From Histomonas meleagridis 2922-C6/04-290x (Eukaryota; Protista; Parabasalia): DNA of 64,000 nucleotides. Position numbers and translations under genes: made by a program. Each line of letters begins with the position of its first letter. Position 1 is the stretch's first letter. This document shows positions 53,344 through 63,950 of this stretch, in pieces. The notes beneath the pieces were generated by a model. It searched no databases. It was not told the origin of the DNA and saw nothing but the letters and a program-made list of their open reading frames with translations. Location: contig JAANOX010000117.1 in NCBI GenBank assembly GCA_020184695.1, forward strand, positions 310,001 through 374,000, in the 5' to 3' direction.

Positions 53344-56300
53344 ATGGAGGAAAGAGAGGACTCAAATGAATCTGAGTCCACTACAATTTCATCTGTTTTT
53401 GATGAATTTGAAGTACAAAAATGTCAAACACCAATTGGCCATCATGAGTATACTGATTTATTATTTCCATCTCATCCAAATCCTCATTATGAAAATCTTA
53501 GAAGAACACTTGCTCGACGCAAAGGTAGAAGCAAAAATGACTTAGCGGCAATTAAAATACAAAATGTTTTTCGTCAATATTATGTTCGTCAAAAATTTTT
53601 AAAACTCATTAAAAAAGCTCGAGAAATGCAAGCCGAACCTGCACGTATATATTTTAATGTTCTCCTTCTTAATTCATTTATTAGTAGTGTTGATCGAAAT
53701 TCTCTTCTCAAAAACATTCAAAATACGTTCAAAATCAAAAACAAACAATTTGTACCAATTGAATTTTATCCAACAATCGGCTTAATTACTGTACCACGTG
53801 AAATTGACATTAATAAATTACATCAATTTGTTAGATTATTTTATCGATCACTTCTTAAATCTTACTTATTAGAATGGCTAATAGTAACAAAGAAATCCCA
53901 AAAAGAGTGTAAAATGTTATCCCGTTTAAGTTTTGATCAAGTTGGTTGTTTTCAATCATGTTTTAAATTCTGGGCATATTACGCTAAAAACAAACATTCG
54001 ATACCGTCCAAACTAAACACAACGATTCCATCTATTTTATATTATCAAAAACGTCAAATTGAGCGTGAACAATTACAAGACAAAGCTCGAAACAATTATA
54101 TCTTTCGCTTAAAGAAGAAAACATTTGAATCATTTCGCAAAGTTTTATTAACAAAAGAAATCAAAAAGAAACGTGAAGAACGTTCGAAAGAATTTCATCA
54201 ACATATATTAATAAAGCGATCTTTTTCAAGTTGGATGCGTTTTATGAGTATTCAACAATCTAATTATAATATGACTCGATATGTATTTCTTAAATGGTTT
54301 CAAGTTATTCAACATATTAAACATATCGAAATGTTAATTAGTTCGTTTCAAAAACGTCATCAGTATTATCAAAAGCGAATGATTATGAATGTCTTTTATA
54401 AGAATTGGAAAATTTCACAATGTTTACAAACATATTCATATTTAAAAATACAAGAAAAACCTTCGCTTGCATTATATTTTGCATCGATATTATTAAAAGA
54501 TAAAAACACTGAATATATTTCACATTCCTTTTGTTCTTGGCTTTCTTTGATTAGACGTAAAAGACATTGGAGGAATTTTATAATAAAAAATATTTCTCTT
54601 CAAAATAAGCCAACTTTAACAAAATGTTTTGAGACATTAAAAGGTATAAATGTTATTCCTACGAAACAAAATAATATTAAATTATATTCCCCTAAATTTA
54701 AAGAAGATACATTTATAAGTTATCAACAATCTATGAATGATGAAATACATTTTATTGATTATAAAAAATCATTAAAAGAAAGAATTCCATTAAATGTGAT
54801 TGAGCAATTAGAAAATTCTAATGATAACATAAATAAACAACATAAAATTTTATTAAATGCTTGGAAACAACAAAAAAATGATTTTTCTTTATTCATGAGA
54901 ATTATTTTAATTCATGCTGCTAAATGTCAATCGAAAAAACTTAAAGAATCAGAAACAATTGAAGAAAAATGTTTCCGAGAATATAAAAAAGCAATTTCAT
55001 TATTCATACAATTAAACATTGCTTCTAATAATAAATTTAAAACTGCTTTAAGAGTCATTGATGAAAATAATAAAAGAGCTTCATCAAATCGAAAACAATG
55101 TATTCGAAGAGATGAACTTTTAATTTCTGCTTATTATTCACATATGAATGCAATAGATTTACATAATATTAATGATTCTTTTAAGATAGAAAATGAATTT
55201 CAAATATTTTCTAAAATTAAAAATGTTACAAATGAACTTTCATTAAGTTTTAAACCTTTAATAAACATAATAAAAGTTGCTTCTGCTATTGAACAACCTA
55301 ATTCTAATAAGTTTATATATGTAAATGGTTGTAGAACAAAACCAACGAATTATAAAAATGAAATTATACAAATTCATAATAAAATTCAAAGTGATATCTT
55401 AAGAACAGAAATTGGTCATGAAATAGCTTCACGTTTCGATATGTTATTAGGCCTACAAAAGAATATAAATAATAATATACTTGGAACTAAATCTAATTCT
55501 AGAATCGAATCATATTCTAAAAGTAATAAAGAAATATTTCCATTAACAAAACCAAAATCATATTTAAATGATTTACTTCAATCGAAATTCCCGATTTTAA
55601 ATAAAAGACATCAAAATATTAATGATTTAAATGATGAAGAAAATGATAATAATAATGATAATGATAAAGTTATATTACGTTATGATGATTCTTTCGATAA
55701 TTTCGATATACATGATTCTTCTTCTACTAATTTCATTACAATCGAACGTTCGAAAGAATCAATGCATTTTGATGCTATGTCAAGTTTGCAATCATTAATG
55801 AGTAATGCAAGTTCAACAGTATTTAATACCATAAAAGAGAAAGAAAAGCAAAACAAAATACTGAATCAAAATGAAACTTTAGAAGAAATAACTGAAAATA
55901 ATAACAATAATAATATTGATGAATTAAAATCCGAAGAAAATGAAAACTTAATAACAAATAAACATAAATTATCAATACAAATTGATCCAATTAATATGAA
56001 CGAAGGTTTTGATGATGATACAATGATATCATTAAGTCATTCGAAACCTTTAGCATCACCAAACACATCTAAAAAATATAAAATTTTTCTTGATATATTA
56101 TTTGGTAATTCTACAACATTAGAAATGAAAAACAATACAAATCTTCAACGAATCCGTAAACAAATTCTAAATGAATATCGCCTTAGAAAACCATCGATTT
56201 CAGAAAATGGAATTATTACAAAGAATGAAATTCGACCTGTTTCAAGTTTAGCCGAATTTTATCGTGAAGAAGTTGATAAATCACAACAAAACAATAAAAA

Positions 56301-57870
56301 TGATAATGAAAATGATTCAAATGTATCATCACGAAATACATTAAGACGAAGAGAATCAATTATACCAAAAGATAATACTAAAAAACAATTCGAATGTAAA
56401 CAAAATAGTCGAAGATATCGAATAAATAAAACAAATAAAAATGATAATACGAATTCTGATAAAGATTTCGATAATTATTTTGATGATTCTTTTCGCGAAG
56501 ATTTACTTAATAAAAATTCGTCTTTTTATGATGGAATTAAAGGATTAGAAAGTTTAGTCGATATAAATGATGAAGAAGATGAAAATAATAACAATAAAAG
56601 TAATAAAAATTTAGAAAATGATTTAAATAATGAAAACATTAATAAAAAGAATATTTATAATGAGAATAATAAACTTACAAATGAGAAACTTAAAAAAGTA
56701 ATGGGAAAATATATTATTCAATCAATCGATAATAAAGATGAATATTATCCACTTGTAGATATTGATGATGATGATGAAAATAATCCTTTTAATAAAAGAT
56801 TAAATGGTAATAAACAAAATACCAAAATAATAAATCAAAATAAACAAAACCAATTAAATAAAAAACGTAAGAAAATGTTACAAAAACAATTTAGTAATAA
56901 AACGCCAATTGTTATCCCTGAAACTCATGAACTTACACCTTCAATGAAAGAAATAATTAAACAAAATGGTTCTTTTGCTCAATTACATTATAACGAAGGG
57001 AAATCAAAACTTATACATGCTAAAGCTAATTATCAACCTTATCAACCGATTTATAAACTTGACAAAGGGTCAAAAAATGGAAACTCAAATGAGAATAATG
57101 AATTTGGTATTGATGGTAAAGTTGTATCATTTAAAAGTGGTAAAAGACAACTTGGAAATCAAACTTATAATTTTAATAGCGTTAGAATCGCTCAAGGTAA
57201 ACATAAGACTTTTATGAGACCTGTGATTCCGCCATTAAAAGAAAACTCTACAATTGTAACAAATAAATTAAATGATTTGAACTTTTTGACAATTAAAATT
57301 CTTCAAATCATTAAAAATAATGGAAAAGATTTCGACAATTTAAAAAGAAAAATCCAAACAACATTAAATAATAATCAAAAAAATGAGTTAAAAAATGACT
57401 TATTATATGATAAAGTTCAATATATTTATCAAAATTTTATTTTAAATAATAAAATTAAAGAAACGGTCGATGCTCTCGTAAAGCTCTCAATTGACGATCC
57501 ATCGTTCGGGGTATACCTCTCAAAATCAATTGAAAAATTGAATACAAAATACGTTGAAAATACGAAAGAAAATAAAAAAATAAACTTTACTGAAACTAAT
57601 TGGATGGCTGATATTCCTTCAAGTTATAAAGCAGTTGCACTTCAATACAATCAAAATGCTTCTTCATTGGACGCATTGGTTGCTCCAACATATGAAACTA
57701 AACATAATTCAGCTAAAAGAAAACAAAATCATTTTATGGATTCGAAAAATAGGCCTAATTGGGATGATGTGCTTTCTCAATATGATATGAATGAAATGCT
57801 TTTGGTTGTACCACTTGTTGTACCTGAAAAAGTTGTTGATAACTTTATCAATGAATATAAATCTAAATGA
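53344..57870 (+). CDS. Large hypothetical protein with an IQ motif and Sfi1-like W-containing helical repeats
   Basis: AAIKIQNVFRQYYVRQKF; repeated F..W spacing (FKFWAYY, FSSWMRF, FLKWFQV, FCSWLSL); N/D-rich C-terminal half. Confidence 0.6.
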   Translation: MEEREDSNESESTTISSVFDEFEVQKCQTPIGHHEYTDLLFPSHPNPHYENLRRTLARRKGRSKNDLAAIKIQNVFRQYYVRQKFLKLIKKAREMQAEPARIYFNVLLLNSFISSVDRNSLLKNIQNTFKIKNKQFVPIEFYPTIGLITVPREIDINKLHQFVRLFYRSLLKSYLLEWLIVTKKSQKECKMLSRLSFDQVGCFQSCFKFWAYYAKNKHSIPSKLNTTIPSILYYQKRQIEREQLQDKARNNYIFRLKKKTFESFRKVLLTKEIKKKREERSKEFHQHILIKRSFSSWMRFMSIQQSNYNMTRYVFLKWFQVIQHIKHIEMLISSFQKRHQYYQKRMIMNVFYKNWKISQCLQTYSYLKIQEKPSLALYFASILLKDKNTEYISHSFCSWLSLIRRKRHWRNFIIKNISLQNKPTLTKCFETLKGINVIPTKQNNIKLYSPKFKEDTFISYQQSMNDEIHFIDYKKSLKERIPLNVIEQLENSNDNINKQHKILLNAWKQQKNDFSLFMRIILIHAAKCQSKKLKESETIEEKCFREYKKAISLFIQLNIASNNKFKTALRVIDENNKRASSNRKQCIRRDELLISAYYSHMNAIDLHNINDSFKIENEFQIFSKIKNVTNELSLSFKPLINIIKVASAIEQPNSNKFIYVNGCRTKPTNYKNEIIQIHNKIQSDILRTEIGHEIASRFDMLLGLQKNINNNILGTKSNSRIESYSKSNKEIFPLTKPKSYLNDLLQSKFPILNKRHQNINDLNDEENDNNNDNDKVILRYDDSFDNFDIHDSSSTNFITIERSKESMHFDAMSSLQSLMSNASSTVFNTIKEKEKQNKILNQNETLEEITENNNNNNIDELKSEENENLITNKHKLSIQIDPINMNEGFDDDTMISLSHSKPLASPNTSKKYKIFLDILFGNSTTLEMKNNTNLQRIRKQILNEYRLRKPSISENGIITKNEIRPVSSLAEFYREEVDKSQQNNKNDNENDSNVSSRNTLRRRESIIPKDNTKKQFECKQNSRRYRINKTNKNDNTNSDKDFDNYFDDSFREDLLNKNSSFYDGIKGLESLVDINDEEDENNNNKSNKNLENDLNNENINKKNIYNENNKLTNEKLKKVMGKYIIQSIDNKDEYYPLVDIDDDDENNPFNKRLNGNKQNTKIINQNKQNQLNKKRKKMLQKQFSNKTPIVIPETHELTPSMKEIIKQNGSFAQLHYNEGKSKLIHAKANYQPYQPIYKLDKGSKNGNSNENNEFGIDGKVVSFKSGKRQLGNQTYNFNSVRIAQGKHKTFMRPVIPPLKENSTIVTNKLNDLNFLTIKILQIIKNNGKDFDNLKRKIQTTLNNNQKNELKNDLLYDKVQYIYQNFILNNKIKETVDALVKLSIDDPSFGVYLSKSIEKLNTKYVENTKENKKINFTETNWMADIPSSYKAVALQYNQNASSLDALVAPTYETKHNSAKRKQNHFMDSKNRPNWDDVLSQYDMNEMLLVVPLVVPEKVVDNFINEYKSK

Positions 57871-57905
57871 TGTACATTTGTTTATTAATAAATGGTTTAT
57901 ATGTT

Positions 57906-59591
57906 TTATTTTGGTTGAGAATATCCACTCCAACCTGAGCCCCATTGCCCACTACCCCAACCGCCGCCAGTTTGTGTTGCACTTTTATTGCCTCCGAAAG
58001 TACTCCCTGATGTAGCCCAACTATTTCCTGGTTGCTGGGTACTGGGTGTGGATGATGCAGCCCAACTATTTGTTGGTTGCTGATTACTGGGTGTGGATGA
58101 TGAAGCCCAACTATCTGCTGTTTGCTGATTACTGGGTGTGGATGATGCAGCCCAATTATTTGATGATGTCTGAGCATTGGTTGAACCCCAACTACTTGTT
58201 GTTGATGGTTGAGTGTTCGAAGTATTTCCTGAACCCCAACTACTTGTTGTTGATGGTTGAGTGTTCGAAGTATTTCCTGAACCCCAACTACCTGTTGTTG
58301 ATGATTGAGTGCTTGAAGTATTTCCTGAACCCCAACTACTTGTTGTTGATGATTGAGTGTTCGAAGTATTTCCTGAACCCCAACTACTTGTTGTTGATGA
58401 TTGAGTGTTCGAAGTATTTCCTGAACTCCAAGCGCTTTTTGATGATTGGTCACTCGAAGAACTGGTTGCGCTCCAACCACTTCCTGTTGATTGACTATTG
58501 GAATTAGCTGGAGCTCCCCAGCTATCTCCTGATGATTGATTATTATTTGCACTTGATGAATTGGCTGTGCTAAGCGAAGGTTGGCTGGTTGTTTGTGTGT
58601 TAGTTTGGAGAGCAGGGGCACCCCAACCGGTTGGGGCCTTTTGGGGTGGCGGCGGTTGTGCTGGTGTGGTAGATGGGGCACCCCAAGAATTTGATGTGGT
58701 GTTTGATGTTGTAGCATTATTTTCTGATGGTGTCGATGTAACGGAGGCGAACGGGTTGTGGGAAGTCGAACTTGTTGAAGGCGTTTGTGAAGTTTGTGTA
58801 GAGGGAGTTTGATCGTTTGCTGGAGGATTTGGTGTTGTATTCTCAGTACTAGAAGATTGAGTTGCAGGTGATTCTGTCTTGGCCTCACTCGAATTAGTAG
58901 ATGAAGGTGTTGTTGTTGGAGATAATGAAGGAATTGTTGGTAAATTGAAAAGTGATGGAGATGGTAATGATTCGCTTGAAGACTGTGTTGCTGGTGCTGA
59001 GTCTTTAGTTTCAGTAGTATTGGTTTGCGATGGAAAACTAAATGTATTTGCCGAAGGGAAATTAAATGAAAATGCTGTAGATGATGTTGTTGAAGAATCT
59101 GTAGACGAAGTATTATTTTTAGACGGTGATCCGCTTAAATTAAAATTAAATGCTCCACCAGTAGATGATGTTGAATTCGAGTCAGTCATTGCAATTGATA
59201 TATTTGAGAAGGAAAATGAATTGGATGATGATGAACTTGTTGATGAAGTGGTTGGTTTTGCAAAAGAAAGAGAATTTACTTCATCAGCTTTCTTTTCCTT
59301 TTTTATAATGATGGGCTCAACAATTTCTGGTGATATATGTTTCTTTCGTTTTTTTACAAGTTCATTTAGAGGTGCAATTTTTAAAACTTCGGGCTCAGAT
59401 TCTTCGCTATCCATGTCGACGGAAATTGCAACGTCAACAAGTTTTCTTTTTAATTTGTGAATACTTGGCATAAAACATGTTTCAACATCTACTTTTGGCA
59501 ATGATGTGCTTTGACTAAAATTCATTGAAAGAACTGTGCTTTTAGTTTCTTCATTTTGGACCCAATGAAAAAGTCTTCCAATGAAAGACAT
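57906..59591 (-). CDS. Disordered S/T-rich protein with FxF motifs and a C-terminal WG/GW repeat array
   Basis: 17 Trp motifs in the last ~230 aa (10 WG). FNFN/FSFN/FSFP motifs and KKRKKH in the N-terminal half. Confidence 0.8.
   Translation of the reverse strand: MSFIGRLFHWVQNEETKSTVLSMNFSQSTSLPKVDVETCFMPSIHKLKRKLVDVAISVDMDSEESEPEVLKIAPLNELVKKRKKHISPEIVEPIIIKKEKKADEVNSLSFAKPTTSSTSSSSSNSFSFSNISIAMTDSNSTSSTGGAFNFNLSGSPSKNNTSSTDSSTTSSTAFSFNFPSANTFSFPSQTNTTETKDSAPATQSSSESLPSPSLFNLPTIPSLSPTTTPSSTNSSEAKTESPATQSSSTENTTPNPPANDQTPSTQTSQTPSTSSTSHNPFASVTSTPSENNATTSNTTSNSWGAPSTTPAQPPPPQKAPTGWGAPALQTNTQTTSQPSLSTANSSSANNNQSSGDSWGAPANSNSQSTGSGWSATSSSSDQSSKSAWSSGNTSNTQSSTTSSWGSGNTSNTQSSTTSSWGSGNTSSTQSSTTGSWGSGNTSNTQPSTTSSWGSGNTSNTQPSTTSSWGSTNAQTSSNNWAASSTPSNQQTADSWASSSTPSNQQPTNSWAASSTPSTQQPGNSWATSGSTFGGNKSATQTGGGWGSGQWGSGWSGYSQPK
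58183..58422. repeat. Five 48-bp coding tandem repeats (SGNTSNTQSSTTSSWG)
   Basis: gaaccccaactacttgttgttgatggttgagtgttcgaagtatttcct units at 58183, 58231, 58279, 58327, 58375. Confidence 0.95.
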
Positions 59592-59808
59592 TGATGATTT
59601 AGATTTGCACTTTTGTGGTCATAGTCGTTAACGATCATCGAGCTTTATAAATTTATGACATGTGAGCTGAAAAATTATTTGTTAACATTTTAATCGTTTC
59701 GAAATAAAACGCTTATTTTGGGAAAAATTTATATTTGATTTAAATTAAGAAATTGGCATTCTTCACTATACGCTTTTGGCAACAATGTATGAAATGTCGA
59801 AAATTATT

Positions 59809-60100
59809 ATAGCTTCTTCTTAAGCCCACGTAATTTTCATTCTTAAGATCTCTTAACTCATTGATTTATTGATCTCAGGAAAATAAAAAACATTTTCAAT
59901 TTTCTTTTGTTTGCCAAGACATTAGTTCGAGGCCTAGCTTCTAACATGTTAGTAAATTGTAGTGGTGAGCCTTCCTCAGAAAAACGACTGCTAAAACCCC
60001 GCCAAAATAACCGTGAAGGTGATGTTCTATGGGGTACACTAAAAATGTCACTTTTCTTTAAGCTCAAAAATTTTCTTGTGGGCTTAAGAAGATTCGCTAT
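59809..60100. other. ~290-bp element bounded by inverted repeats (MITE-like or structured ncRNA)
   Basis: tcttcttaagcccac (59815-59829) is the exact reverse complement of 60078-60092; outer ATAGC/GCTAT; internal hairpins. Confidence 0.55.
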
Positions 60101-60333
60101 GTCATATTCCAATATAATTTTATAGCTATAAAAATTATACTAAATGAACGTTGTGTTGATATTTTTACCATATCAACATAATGTGGATTTCATTAGATAT
60201 TTTTTAATTTTAATTGGGGTTGAATAACAGTTTTTTTTAAAATCACAATCAAACAAAATGGCGGTTATATAAAATTTTGAGCATAACCGCCCGTTATAAC
60301 AATTGTCATTTTGTTATTTGTATAGTTTACGAA

Positions 60334-61269
60334 ATGTTCAAACGCATCTTCCTCAAGCTTGAATTCTAAAAATTCATACATGTGGATGGAACATATTGCA
60401 TGTACTTTGCTTCAAACATGGGAATGTGAGGGTCCTGAATATCAATCTCCTACAGAAGTTTCACCGTATGATGTAGATCAAGAAATCAATTCAAAAATCG
60501 CTTTATGGAAAGGAAACATTACTGATCTTGAGATAGACGCTATTGTCTGCCCTGTAACAGAAAAGCTTGATGCTAATAGTGGTGCTTCTTTAGCAATACA
60601 TAAAAAAGCAGGGAAAAAACTAGCCGCAGAATGTGCCAAAATCAAACAAATTCCAACTGGTGAAACAGCGGTCACACCAGGGTTTGAGCTTCCATCTAAA
60701 TATATAATTCATGCTGTTGGTCCAAGAGGTGAACAACCCAAACTTCTCAAGCATGTTTACAAATCAATCCTATCACACATCGATGGCATACGTATTCGTA
60801 GCATCGGGCTATGCTGCATTTCGACTGGTGCATTTGGTTTCCCTCATGCCGCATCAAAAATTGCGCTTGAAAAACACTTCGAATTGTTTTTGTTCTTTTC
60901 GATGAACAAAATATTAATGCGTATTATAAAAATGCAGCCTTTTATTTCCCTCTTCCTAAGGTACTACCTGAAGAAGAATTAAGGGAAATTAAAATGATTG
61001 AAAAAAGATTCCATGAATTGATTGAACCATATATGCGCGACTTCCCATCCGCAAAAGACATAGGATTACCAAAGTTATGGCGTGAGATGAAAAGGCAACA
61101 TCATTTTGCTGTTCCTGGAATGTTTGGAGGATTCTCTTATATCCTTCAGAAAGACGAAAGTGGACATTACGTACCGAAGACAAGCAAAGCTTCAAGAATG
61201 GACTTTTATTTCGGAGAAGATTATGTTATCACAGCGAATGAAACGAAGATAATACCAAGAAAATATTGA
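60334..61269 (+). pseudogene. Macro-domain (MacroD-like) gene fused to a small C-terminal domain; frameshifted near 60880 and probably near 60358
   Basis: KIALWKGNIT.LEIDAIV, IIHAVGP, SIGLCCISTGAFGFP. RIVFVLFDEQ...YFPLPKVLPEEEL reads in frame with ORF 60994..61269. Confidence 0.75.
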
Positions 61270-61670
61270 AATTATTTTTATTTACTCTCAAATAATTTTG
61301 ATTTACCGAGCACAGATTGAACAATTGATTTTAAATGAATCATATTTCCATGGAAAGGTGGCAAATTTGTTCTAAGAGGTAAACATGTAAAGTAAACATT
61401 TAAATCCATTAATTATTTTTTACAAATTTCGCTTTTATATCATGATTTTTAATAAAAACATTCTATGCATAGAACACCCCATTGGTATGCATACTAGTGA
61501 ATATAAATCTCAATGGTTAATAGCATGAAAAAATCATGAAATCCCAAAAAAGTTATTTTAGACAAAATAATGCAAAAAGTGGCATTAAGTTAACTTTTTG
61601 ATAAGGTTCAGCAAAGCCGTTATTTAATTTGGGGGTACGCTAAATAAACGGCCGAAATCTACGTTGGAAA

Positions 61671-63950
61671 ATGTGCTGGGTGCTGAAGAAGGTGCTTCCT
61701 GTAAATCAATTCTATTCTTATGCAGTACATAACTCAGATGTATATATCGCAAATGAAGATAATTTAATTCGTCAATGGGACTTTGAAACTCAAAGGGTCA
61801 TCTCAATTTTTCGTGGACATACAGGAAAAATCACAGGAATCACCTTCGACTCACGAAGCAAAGTTTTATTTAGTACTGCAATGGATGGTAAATTAAATGT
61901 CTGGTCAAACCAACAAATATTAGTTGGACAATTTATCAACAGACAAAGGCCTTCAGATTGTTTTGGATCACCTCTTTACTCTCTTGCTTTTTGCAAAAAG
62001 AATGGGCAATTATTTGTAGGTGGTAACAGTATTGTTTATATGTTTGATGTTCAATGGGGATCTTTGCAAAGATCACATGAAACTGGAGAACCTCAATATC
62101 TCATTCCTACTATTAAAATCAATATACACACAGATGCAATTCTTAAGATGATGATTTCCAGTGATAGATTAGTAACAGTTTCACAAGATCATACAATTTG
62201 TTTTTCACACATTGATGCTCTTAGAGTTCGAAAGAGTGTTTCTCTTCCTAAGCGTCAATCGATTTGTAGTTTAGCCTATGATTCCAAAAGTGATGTTTTT
62301 TTAGCAGGTTCATTTGATGGTAAGATACATTCAATAACGCGTGATGGTCTTATTCTTCAAAGTGATAGTATTAGTAATTCTTCCATCGTTTCCATTGCTG
62401 TTGATCGCGTATTAGATCTTGCGTGGGTTGTAACGGTCGACGGCGGTTTGCGTCTTTTAAGCTCACAAAATTTCAATACTGATTTAACACAATATTTTGA
62501 TGTATTACATGAACGTCCTATTATAGATGTATCCACGTATTTATATTATAGTGTTTATTATAATGAAGAACAACGAGAAATGATTTCCATATGTAATGAT
62601 CATTATATTTTTCGATATCAATTTGATGAATCAGCTCCACAAGTCACAATAAAAACTAAAGTTCCATTTCATTCGGTTTTACTTGTTGACTTTAAATCGG
62701 ATGAAAATTCTTTTACGAATGAAGTTGACGATATTTCTACAAATGTCGATCAATTAAAACCAGGTAAATATATTGTTGGCGGTGATCGAGAACTTAATTT
62801 TTATTATAAAAATGGACTTTATCAATATGAAAATGTTCGAAGTATTCCAATTGAACATCATTTAACGACTCTTAAATATTCCAATGAAATATTTGCATTT
62901 GGAGATGACATTGGAAATGTATATACATTACAAATAAACAACTTGAAAATGAATCAAACGGAAAACCCAATAAAAGATTGTATTACATCAATACATATTA
63001 TAAATCCGAAGAAAGTTATTGCGACAACATTAAATGGTAATTGGCATATATTTATAATCGAAGATGAATCAGAACCGATCAAAGAAATCATAAAAAAAGA
63101 AAATGCACATAATGGCGCGATTAATGATTCGATAATATATAATAACATTTTTATCACTGTTGGCGCTGATGGGTTATTAAAGTTTTGGGATATTGAAGAT
63201 AATAATAATAATAATAACAAAGAAATTAATACATTTTTCATGACGTCATCATATACTATAACAATGAATGAAATTAATGTAATTGATATGTCGAAATATG
63301 GTGAAATTAAACAAATTTATTATTCGAAATGTTTAAATAAATTTATTACAACACATGGCGATTCTTATATTCGAATTTTCGAAACTAAAAATGATAATCA
63401 ATTTCAACATTTACTTTCTATTTCTTGTAATGGATGTAATATTACGACATTTTTTGTTGATGATCCGAAATTTATTTTGGTAAGTTTAAATGATAAAACA
63501 ATTCGTTGTTTTGACCTTAAAACTGGTGAATTAATCCGTACATTAATTGGACATACAAATCAAATTTGTTGTATTTATAGTCAAAATAATTTTGATTATT
63601 ATATTAGTTCATCTTGGAATTGTGAAATAAAAATATGGAAAAAATTTGATTTTGATAATAAAAATTTTATACATCAAAATGTTATGAATAATAACAATAA
63701 AAATAATGTAAATGTTAATAAATTTTATGATAAAAATTTCATGAAAATTCATGATAAAAAATCGAAAATTAAATATATTAATTCGAGAAATAATGTGCAT
63801 TTGATCCAACCAATTCCAGAATATGAACGAAGAAGAATAGAAATCGAGAAACGAAAAAGAAAAGAAAAAGAAGAATATGAAAACAGACAACGAACTCCAT
63901 TGGCGAAAGATTTAAAAGAAATCGAAAACATTATATTAGGAATGATGTAA
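61671..63950 (+). CDS. WD40-repeat protein
   Basis: GHTGKIT...STAMDGKL.VW, AH.GAI...TVGADGL.KFWD, GHTNQI...SSSWNCEIKIW. Confidence 0.9.
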   Translation: MCWVLKKVLPVNQFYSYAVHNSDVYIANEDNLIRQWDFETQRVISIFRGHTGKITGITFDSRSKVLFSTAMDGKLNVWSNQQILVGQFINRQRPSDCFGSPLYSLAFCKKNGQLFVGGNSIVYMFDVQWGSLQRSHETGEPQYLIPTIKINIHTDAILKMMISSDRLVTVSQDHTICFSHIDALRVRKSVSLPKRQSICSLAYDSKSDVFLAGSFDGKIHSITRDGLILQSDSISNSSIVSIAVDRVLDLAWVVTVDGGLRLLSSQNFNTDLTQYFDVLHERPIIDVSTYLYYSVYYNEEQREMISICNDHYIFRYQFDESAPQVTIKTKVPFHSVLLVDFKSDENSFTNEVDDISTNVDQLKPGKYIVGGDRELNFYYKNGLYQYENVRSIPIEHHLTTLKYSNEIFAFGDDIGNVYTLQINNLKMNQTENPIKDCITSIHIINPKKVIATTLNGNWHIFIIEDESEPIKEIIKKENAHNGAINDSIIYNNIFITVGADGLLKFWDIEDNNNNNNKEINTFFMTSSYTITMNEINVIDMSKYGEIKQIYYSKCLNKFITTHGDSYIRIFETKNDNQFQHLLSISCNGCNITTFFVDDPKFILVSLNDKTIRCFDLKTGELIRTLIGHTNQICCIYSQNNFDYYISSSWNCEIKIWKKFDFDNKNFIHQNVMNNNNKNNVNVNKFYDKNFMKIHDKKSKIKYINSRNNVHLIQPIPEYERRRIEIEKRKRKEKEEYENRQRTPLAKDLKEIENIILGMM

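Noticed and set aside
58183-58422. Regular repeats as a CRISPR array
   Set aside because: Contiguous 48-bp in-frame coding units without unique spacers; eukaryotic context; no cas genes.
58593-58604. ACTAACACACAA on the minus strand, resembling the trichomonad intron 3' motif ACTAACACACAG
   Set aside because: It lacks the terminal AG and lies in an uninterrupted ORF (QTNTQT). A similar partial match near 35656 is antisense and also lacks AG. No canonical intron was found by eye.
59900-60100. Specific assignment as RNase P, SRP or U3 RNA
   Set aside because: Partial word matches (GAGGAAGGCTCAC, GGGCTTA, CGTGAAG) do not have the right spacing or order; kept only as an unassigned structured element.
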